DNA of 64,000 nt, taken from the NCBI GenBank assembly GCA_902794825.1, contig CADBIU010000001.1, forward strand, positions 45,913 to 109,912. Direction: 5' to 3'. Both the position numbers and the translations under genes were made by a program. The DNA is from an uncultured Lachnospiraceae bacterium. Lineage in GTDB: Bacteria; Bacillota; Clostridia; Lachnospirales; Lachnospiraceae. The notes beneath the pieces are model-generated. The model saw nothing but the letters and a program-made list of their open reading frames with translations, ran no database searches and was not told where the DNA came from. Of this stretch, positions 57,254 through 64,000 are shown one piece after another. Position 1 is the first letter of the stretch. Every line of letters starts with the position of its first letter.

Positions 57254-58345
57254 TCAGGAAAGTGCATCTCTCTTCTCCTGAAGCAGCCATTTCAAATAGG
57301 CGCCGAAGGCTGAGGGAATGCAGTACCTGTCATCGATCTCTTCTTTAGCAGCCATGATAAATGGAATATCGCCTTCGCAAAAGGGATCCGTTATCACTTC
57401 ATAGCCGCGCATGATCCACTTTTTGTGAGTAAATATGTGCTCCGCATCACTGATCCTTCTGATCCTGAGCGGTTCCACTGAGTGTTCCCTGAGCCATTTT
57501 ACCGCTTCTTCCGGTTCCAGCTTCCCTTCTGTATTCGGAAATTCGTAAAGTCCTGCCAAAAGCCCCCGGGACGGCCTCTTTCTCACGGCGGTTTTATCTT
57601 CTGATCTGATCAGGAACACCGTCAGGTGTTCCTCTTTTTTGTCCTTACCGGCGGGAATCACGGGAAGATCCGACTCCGAGCCCGGTCTCTCCATGTGTAT
57701 CCTGCAAAACTCAGAGATCGGGCAGTTTCCGCAGTCCGGTGCTGTGCCGGGGAGGCAGACAGCGTTCCCCAGGTCCATGAGCGCCTGGTTAAAGCTGCCG
57801 CAGGGATTTTCCTCCTGAGTGTTTTTGGACTCTTCCGGCATCAGATCCGTATAGTATTCCACGGCTTTCTTCAGCGCGGCAGGCGTCCGGATGTTCTCCT
57901 CATACATTGCAAGCCTTGAAAATATCCTCAAAAGGTTGCCGTCTACTGCGGGTATTTTCTCTCCGAATGCTATAGAGGCAATTGCGGCTGATGTGTAAGG
58001 CCCTATTCCCGGGAGCTGCCGCAGTTCCGCGGATGTCCGCGGGAGATTCCCTCCGAAGCTCTTCATTACTTCTTCCGCCGCCCTTTTCAGATTCCTGACC
58101 CGGCTGTAATAGCCCAGTCCCTCCCAGAGCTTAAGACATGTCTCCTCCGATGAATCAGCCAGGGATGCTATATCGGGAAGGCTGTTTAGAAATCGAATGT
58201 AATAGCCCTTCGCCGCTTCAACCCTGGTCTGCTGCAGCATGATCTCTGAAAGCCACACATGATAGGGAGCGGGATCCTCTCTCCAGGGCAGTTCTCTCCG
58301 GTTTTGATAATACCAGTTTAACAGTTCCTCATAAAATATTTTCAT
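57254..58345 (-). CDS. mutY: A/G-specific adenine glycosylase
   Basis: RELPWR, SEIMLQQT, WEGLGYYSR, LPGIGPYT, VDGN, C-x7-C-x2-C-x5-C Fe-S motif, NUDIX-like C-terminus. Confidence 0.95.
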   Translation of the reverse strand: MKIFYEELLNWYYQNRRELPWREDPAPYHVWLSEIMLQQTRVEAAKGYYIRFLNSLPDIASLADSSEETCLKLWEGLGYYSRVRNLKRAAEEVMKSFGGNLPRTSAELRQLPGIGPYTSAAIASIAFGEKIPAVDGNLLRIFSRLAMYEENIRTPAALKKAVEYYTDLMPEESKNTQEENPCGSFNQALMDLGNAVCLPGTAPDCGNCPISEFCRIHMERPGSESDLPVIPAGKDKKEEHLTVFLIRSEDKTAVRKRPSRGLLAGLYEFPNTEGKLEPEEAVKWLREHSVEPLRIRRISDAEHIFTHKKWIMRGYEVITDPFCEGDIPFIMAAKEEIDDRYCIPSAFGAYLKWLLQEKRDALS

Positions 58346-58363
58346 TTTCTATATATTGGCGTG

Positions 58364-59455
58364 TCATTCCCTTCCGGAGTGTTTTACAATGATCATCTCC
58401 GCGGCGATCCCTGCGTCGATCCTGCCGCTCTTGCTCTCATGGTCGGCAGCAATACAGTCGTTAAGCGCCTCAACAAGCTCCTCTGTATTATACATTCTCA
58501 GCGCGGGTTTATATTTTCTGCTGATAACAAAGGGAGGGACGCCCACTTTAGACGCGATCTCGCCGTCAGGCATTGTCCCGCTGAGTTCCTTTATCATGAC
58601 TAATTGGTTAAACTGCCTTCTCATCAGGCTCAGAATGACCTGAGGCGCAGTTCTGAGCGCGCACAGTTCCATATATATTCCGAGGGCTTTCTTTCTGTCC
58701 CTCAGCGCAATGGCTTCGATCATGTCAAAGATCCTGTCCCTGATCCTGGGACTGCACACATCTTTAATATCCTGCTCAGTGATCTCCTTCTTTCCCATGC
58801 AGTAGCAGCAGAGCTTTTCCGCCTCCCCTGCAATATTCTGCATATCCTCCCCTGTGTATTCCAAAAAAAGCGCAAGGGTCCTTCCGCTTACGGAAAAGCC
58901 GTTCTTTCTGAAGACACCGCCTGCCCAGGCGCGCAGGTCTGCCTCCCCGGGCGTGACACACTCCAGGATATCTCCCTGTTTTTCTTTCCGGCTCTTAGCG
59001 ATCGCTTTGTAAAGCCGTCCTCTCTTGTCGACGTTTTCCTCAACAAATACGATTGAAGTGGTGTCGGGAATTTCAGGTATAAAGGCGGCGATCTTGTCCG
59101 CTTCTTCCGCGATCGACGCGGCAGTTTTACTGCCGGTCACGGATCTTGACGCGGATTTTGGATTCAGCAGCCCTGTGTTTTCAAGAACGATCACTCTCCT
59201 GTCCGCAAAGAAAGGAAGTGTCTGCGCCATCTCGATCAGTTCTCTTGCAGTAACATCCGCTCCGGTATAACGCGACAGGTTCATCGCGTCTCCGTCTCCT
59301 ATGAGCGCCTTTACAAGTTTGTCTCTGTTTTGCAGCCTCAGATAAGCCTGTTCTCCGCTCAAAAGATATACACTTTTGAGGTCTCCGCTCCCGATCGCTT
59401 CATTAAATTGTCTCTGCTCTGCAGCGAAATCACTCTTTGCCTGTTTGGCGGCCAT
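58364..59455 (-). CDS. holA: DNA polymerase III delta subunit
   Basis: VYLLSGEQAY, TLPFFADRR, VDKRGRLYK, IFDMIEAI, KSGR; located downstream of comEC. Confidence 0.9.
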   Translation of the reverse strand: MAAKQAKSDFAAEQRQFNEAIGSGDLKSVYLLSGEQAYLRLQNRDKLVKALIGDGDAMNLSRYTGADVTARELIEMAQTLPFFADRRVIVLENTGLLNPKSASRSVTGSKTAASIAEEADKIAAFIPEIPDTTSIVFVEENVDKRGRLYKAIAKSRKEKQGDILECVTPGEADLRAWAGGVFRKNGFSVSGRTLALFLEYTGEDMQNIAGEAEKLCCYCMGKKEITEQDIKDVCSPRIRDRIFDMIEAIALRDRKKALGIYMELCALRTAPQVILSLMRRQFNQLVMIKELSGTMPDGEIASKVGVPPFVISRKYKPALRMYNTEELVEALNDCIAADHESKSGRIDAGIAAEMIIVKHSGRE

Positions 59456-59545
59456 TGTTATCCCCACACACAATTCACGGCTGTCTGCCGCTTATACAAT
59501 CTGGTTTCGTATTAACTTTCATTGAATGACATTCCCTGCGTTTTG

Positions 59546-61162
59546 TCAATAAAATGTATGAACAGAATACCCGCCCCTTCCGTCTGTTGTCACTGATATC
59601 TGTCCTGCTTTTCTTGTATCCGCAATATCCATTCCCGCATTCATGATCCTGCTGATCGTAGAAGGCGCGGGATGCCCGTAGCGATTCCCGTATCCGCAGG
59701 AGATCAGGGCAAGGCGCGAAGAGATCTTTTGAAGAAACTCTTCTGTAGTTCCTCCTTTGCTGCCGTGGTGGGCGATTTTCATAACGTCTGCCGATATCTT
59801 ATTTCCGCCCAGATAATCCAGAAGATCCTTTTCCCCCTGTCCCTCAAGATCGCCCGTAAGGACAGCTGAAAACCTGTCATAGGTCAGCAGCATTACCGCT
59901 GAGTACTCATTCGCGTCCTCATAGTTTGCGTTCAGCGCGGGATGAAGGCAATTCAGATTCAATTTTCCCTTTGTATATGTCATTCCCCTGTGCAGATATG
60001 TGACCGGTATCCCTTTTAGTTTCGCTGTCTTCTCAATTTTGAGATATGTTTCTCCCTTGCGTTCCTCCGCGATGGAAGGCATCCCCAGACATCCGATCCG
60101 GATACCGCCCGGTGAGTCTGCCTGATCGAGGAGTTCCAGAAGTCCGCTGCAGTGATCAAGATCATCATGGGTCAGCAAACAGTAATCGATCTTTGCGATC
60201 CCGTGATACTTAAGAAATGGGATCTCCACATTTTCTCCGATCCCTTTCCTGGAGGAACTTCCTCCGTCGATCACGATCACACCGCTTCCGTTCTCGTCGC
60301 AGGTCCTGATAACGAGCCCGTCCCCCTGACCTACATCCAGCATATACAAAGCCATGGGCGGAGTATACCTGATCGTGAAGATCAGAAATACTGCGGAGGC
60401 GCAGAATGAAAAGCGCAGCACATGAAGTTTTCTGTCCCGGACTGATTTCAATCGCGAAACCGCGATGGCTGCGGCGATCAGAATGTAATAAACTGCGATC
60501 ACCCAATTCGGCGGCCTACCCGGCGTCAAAGTATTGAATGGCAGCTTTTGAGTAAGATCGCACATCCTGTCAAAGATCCAAAGGATAAGGACCGAAACCT
60601 CTCCCGCAAGCCCGCAGGCACCGGAAAAAACGGCGCGCAGAACTATTTTGCCTGATAATACCCTTGCGGCAGTCCCCAGAATTAATGATATACATCCTCC
60701 TGTCATCAGTATGGGAGCCATAAAGATCACGACCATGTTTAAAAAAACGGAATACAGCGGGAATGTGTAATAGAAACTCAGATGCACCGGCAGAGTGAAG
60801 AGAGGGATCGCCAGAGGCTTTGCAGGAGACGGAAGCTCAGGGATCATCAGACCTGCGGCTGCGATCGCCGTAAAAGAAAAGAGAAAACCGCTGTATAAGA
60901 GATAACAAGGCTGTTCAATAAGAAGAAGCAGAGCAGCTATCGCCATTGCTGTAAGCGTATCGTAAGTCCTCCCTGCCGCTTTTGCCGCCGCCCTCATCCC
61001 GAACATGACCAGCGCTCTTATACATGAGGTATGCATACCTGTAAGCATGCCGTACAAATAAAGAAACGCTATGGTAACGATACATGAAATAAAGACCGGT
61101 GTCCTGCACTTTCTAAGAAAAGCGTAGATCCCGGAACCGATCAGAGAAATATGAAGGCCCGC
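59546..61162 (-). pseudogene. comEC: 3' part of comEC (competence domain remainder plus metallo-beta-lactamase domain), interrupted at the SGLH motif
   Basis: Frame is open from GLHISLIG (61159) through RALVM, GFLFSF, LDVGQGD, THDDLDH, KIAHHGS, NRYGHP; in-frame TAA at 61169-61171 and an abrupt GC drop upstream. Confidence 0.88.
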
Positions 61163-61228
61163 TGCACTTTATTTTGTGGTCGAGAATGTAAGCAAAACAA
61201 TAGGAGGAGTTTTTACCCCATTTGAATT

Positions 61229-61256
61229 ACCCCAGAGGTAAGAGTACCCCTGGGGT
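61229..61256. repeat. Imperfect inverted repeat near the element end
   Basis: ACCCCAGAGGTA-AGAG-TACCCCTGGGGT (11 of 12 pairs). Confidence 0.7.
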
Positions 61257-61335
61257 TATGCATTACTATGCGAATGAATACATAGTATTAGTTTGTATGT
61301 ATTATAAAAATCGTTCCTGTATATTCTTTGAGTTT

Positions 61336-61608
61336 TTAATCCTTGCGGTCTTTCGTATAATTCTGAGATGCTTGTCTTTTTTCTAAATAAGCAATATATG
61401 CAAAGATTGAATACTCAATATCTGAATCACCTTCCTTTTCAGAAAATCTGTATTTATTCAGTATTTCAAAAGGATCATCAGCATAAAAATCTAAATCTTC
61501 GTCAATTGCCTTTTCAAAATCAACTAAACACTTCGCCATACCCTCTACAAATCCCGAAGGATAATAACCTTTTTCTTCGTAAAATGCAGTAAAACCGTAT
61601 TTATCCAT
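61336..61608 (-). CDS. Small acidic hypothetical protein (candidate immunity protein)
   Basis: 90 aa, D/E/aromatic-rich, last gene of the toxin-like run. Confidence 0.55.
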   Translation of the reverse strand: MDKYGFTAFYEEKGYYPSGFVEGMAKCLVDFEKAIDEDLDFYADDPFEILNKYRFSEKEGDSDIEYSIFAYIAYLEKRQASQNYTKDRKD

Positions 61609-61682
61609 ATTCTAATAATGACTTAAGAGTAATGAACTGATGATAAGTTAATCAGATTTCGAGTTTTCAGACTAAACTTTTT

Positions 61683-61967
61683 TTAATTCCCATTCTTAGG
61701 ATTGAGAAGAACTTTTGCATTTTCTGCATATTTGTTCAAAGTATCATCGTCCATATTAAAAATATCCTCATATGAACAATTCGTAGCTTGCTTAATCCAT
61801 GTTATAATCCATGGGGCGATCCATCGGCCATATTTTTTTTCTAATCTTGTAATAGCTAAATCATCTTCTGAACATTCTATTCCAATCGTTCCAAAGACTT
61901 CTGCGCCACAACCTTGGCTAGAGTCAGCAAGCCATCCATCAATTACAGTGCCGTCTCCGGTATTCAT
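61683..61967 (-). CDS. Small hypothetical protein (candidate cognate immunity protein)
   Basis: ATG 61967 with GAGGTG RBS, 16 nt after the toxin-like gene stop. Confidence 0.65.
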   Translation of the reverse strand: MNTGDGTVIDGWLADSSQGCGAEVFGTIGIECSEDDLAITRLEKKYGRWIAPWIITWIKQATNCSYEDIFNMDDDTLNKYAENAKVLLNPKNGN

Positions 61968-61983
61968 ATCTTTTCCACCTCTT

Positions 61984-63585
61984 TTATAGCTCGATTGCAT
62001 TTATTGTGAGATACTCCATTCCTGTCTCACTGTCTTTTCTTATTTTGTAACTTGTAGGTATAATTGCTTGCTCACCTGATACTAAAACTTCGTTTTCATG
62101 TGCGAATTTCGAGATTCCTTTAATAGAGGCTCCCATTTTTGTTCCTTGTATTTTGAAAATAACCTTAACCTCATCTGGATTGCATCCAATCTGCGAAAAC
62201 CTCTCGGCGACACTTTCGCTTGTTGACCATGAAGCTAATCCTAATTGATTAATCATACCTCCACGTCTAATTCTTGTAACAAAATCTTTAGCAACTTCTC
62301 TAGAAACATGAATTCCCCTAAATAGCTCTGATGTATTTCCGAATTTAGGAGCCCGTCTAATGAATTCCTCACAGTTTTTGACATGTGAGAAGTAATCAGA
62401 TGAATAGTTCTGATTCTTTTGAGACGATCTCATCTCTGAGTATCCTTCGCCTGCCTTTGAAAACTCGATAACTGAATTTGCTAATCTTCGAGCCGTATTA
62501 TCATCAGTATTTGTCAACACTCTTACGACTGATGTTGCTTTATCCAAATTTCCATAACTTGCTATAGCATCTTTACAATGCGGAGCAATACTCGTATTAT
62601 TCTTTATACTTCTATCAACTCCAGAATAGTATGGCGTTGATTTGTTCCAACCGCTGACATTATTATCCCCATCCATTAGTGCAACGTGTAAGTTAGGGTA
62701 AGCCTTTGTATGTAGTTCTTGCCATTTAGGGTCCTTTGAATAAACCGCATAATCATCTATTCCATAGTTATGAGCAGACATATATGCAAATAATCTATCA
62801 AAATCTGATATTTTTCGCCCAAACCCTCCCGCCTTTTTTGTCGGCGGATCGTCAGTAGGCGCAGCCCCTGCAAACAATATCGGATTATTCTTATTCTCCC
62901 TTGAGTTACTTGCCCCTTTTGTTCCCATTGCACCTAGACTTGCACCAGTCTTTCTTTGATTATTTGCAGCCTCATAAAAATTGCGACTACTACCACTTTC
63001 TCCACCAAGGTTGCCCCTTGCAAGCCTTCCTGAAGCCCTTCCTCCTGCACCTCCATTTCCTGTTGATACTGCCCCTCCGAGAATTTGTGCTGCTTTTGCA
63101 AACTGTGCCAGCTTATGTTGAAATGCCCCCGCCGCCTGAGCAGAGACATTAGAATAGTCTCCGCTAAAGGCAGATATAAGAGCAATATTCTGATTCTCCC
63201 TTGCGGCAGAATCTTGGATTTCACTAAGAGTTTTCTGTTCTTCCACCTCTATCTGACGGAGTTCCGCATTAGCTTCACTTTCCTGAGAACGAAGTTCTGC
63301 ATCCTCTTTCTCATTTTCACTTATCTCATATTGTGTTTCAGCTATCTCCTCAACAATAGATGCAATTGCAGCACTATTATCAGATGACCTTTCATTATCT
63401 GAATCAATACTTCTAATTGCAGCCATTCTTGCATATAAAGAATCCAGTCTAGATTCTAAAGTGCTAATTCTGCTCTGTACGCTTGCTCGTTGCGACCTAA
63501 TGCTTTCTAACCTCTGTTTAGTAGACAATTCGGATGATTTCAATCCTTCAGCCTTGTTGATGTATTCACTTGCTCTGAGTTTCAA
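61984..63585 (-). CDS. Coiled-coil protein with a C-terminal R-S-E ADP-ribosyltransferase-like domain (polymorphic toxin-like)
   Basis: TTG 63585 after GGGGGTG; heptad-rich N-terminus, Gly-rich linker, LFRGI / ASWSTS / HENEVLV motifs. Confidence 0.75.
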   Translation of the reverse strand: MKLRASEYINKAEGLKSSELSTKQRLESIRSQRASVQSRISTLESRLDSLYARMAAIRSIDSDNERSSDNSAAIASIVEEIAETQYEISENEKEDAELRSQESEANAELRQIEVEEQKTLSEIQDSAARENQNIALISAFSGDYSNVSAQAAGAFQHKLAQFAKAAQILGGAVSTGNGGAGGRASGRLARGNLGGESGSSRNFYEAANNQRKTGASLGAMGTKGASNSRENKNNPILFAGAAPTDDPPTKKAGGFGRKISDFDRLFAYMSAHNYGIDDYAVYSKDPKWQELHTKAYPNLHVALMDGDNNVSGWNKSTPYYSGVDRSIKNNTSIAPHCKDAIASYGNLDKATSVVRVLTNTDDNTARRLANSVIEFSKAGEGYSEMRSSQKNQNYSSDYFSHVKNCEEFIRRAPKFGNTSELFRGIHVSREVAKDFVTRIRRGGMINQLGLASWSTSESVAERFSQIGCNPDEVKVIFKIQGTKMGASIKGISKFAHENEVLVSGEQAIIPTSYKIRKDSETGMEYLTINAIEL

Positions 63586-63616
63586 AAAATCACCCCCAAA
63601 AAATACGAGCAACTAG

Positions 63617-63982
63617 TTACTCTTTAAAGTATGAGTCTGCTTTTTTCCATGCTGTTCTAACAGCAGTGCTATAGTACATGTCACGTAATTTATTCAGCGT
63701 ATCGCATGTGCTTTGACTAGCATGTAATAGGTTAGACTTCTTTTTTCCCTCAAGATGAACTCCTACTTCAATAAACATTGTATAGTATAGATCGACACAT
63801 TCTGCCATTAACTCAAGACTCTTTACATTAGCACAAAGATCAAAGGCTTTTCCTTCCGCAGTATTATATGCATTAGCTATACTCTGAATATGCTCCGCTG
63901 TTAATCTTCCATAATCGTAGTTAATTGATTTCAAAACCTCTTCGCACACTTGTTTTGCGTCTTGACGATAAATCTCATACAT
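63617..63982 (-). CDS. Small helical hypothetical protein upstream of the toxin-like gene
   Basis: 121 aa, AAGGA RBS, co-oriented with the toxin-like gene. Confidence 0.7.
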   Translation of the reverse strand: MYEIYRQDAKQVCEEVLKSINYDYGRLTAEHIQSIANAYNTAEGKAFDLCANVKSLELMAECVDLYYTMFIEVGVHLEGKKKSNLLHASQSTCDTLNKLRDMYYSTAVRTAWKKADSYFKE

Positions 63983-64000
63983 TTCGATCCTTGAAAAATT

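Larger units (their letters stand above)
61161..64000. mobile_element. End of an AT-rich integrated element (genomic island / ICE / prophage-like) inserted in comEC; extends beyond the window
   Basis: Composition shift at the comEC break and unrelated cargo genes; no integrase visible in the window. Confidence 0.78.

Noticed and set aside
59546-61057. Intact stand-alone ComEC starting at TTG 61057
   Set aside because: Homology continues upstream to the GLH motif and the N-terminal part is missing; treated as an interrupted gene
1-64000. tRNA, rRNA, CRISPR arrays, transposases or integrases
   Set aside because: None recognised by eye; intergenic spaces are short

Overview
Chromosomal window of a moderately GC-rich (~50-55% by eye) Clostridia-type bacterium, probably Lachnospiraceae; almost all genes are on the minus strand. 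Most of it is housekeeping (livJ-like, radA, clpC, purEMND, pyrFE, folC, valS, azlCD, dapF, hisC, fumC, mutY, holA). The main find is a tightly coupled 11-gene, ~14 kb operon at 35491-49649. It interleaves two divergent nitrogenase-like sets (two NifH-type ATPases, two alpha-like and two beta-like component-1 domains, in fused forms) with the [NiFe] Fe(CN)2CO maturases HypFCDE, the [FeFe] maturases HydF/HydE and a TM1266-family protein. The window shows no hydrogenase, HydG, HypAB or NifB, and the operon sits behind a structured terminator/antiterminator leader, so it is a candidate uncharacterised metallocofactor-assembly/reductase system. At the right end, comEC is broken at its (S)GLH motif by an AT-rich insertion carrying a coiled-coil/R-S-E ADP-ribosyltransferase toxin-like gene and two small candidate immunity genes. 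Smaller points include a ParB/Srx-BMP fusion paired with a phosphoesterase, an apparently dead phosphoesterase, and a GntR-led clpC-radA operon with an operator palindrome. All calls come from reading motifs by eye; no searches were run.
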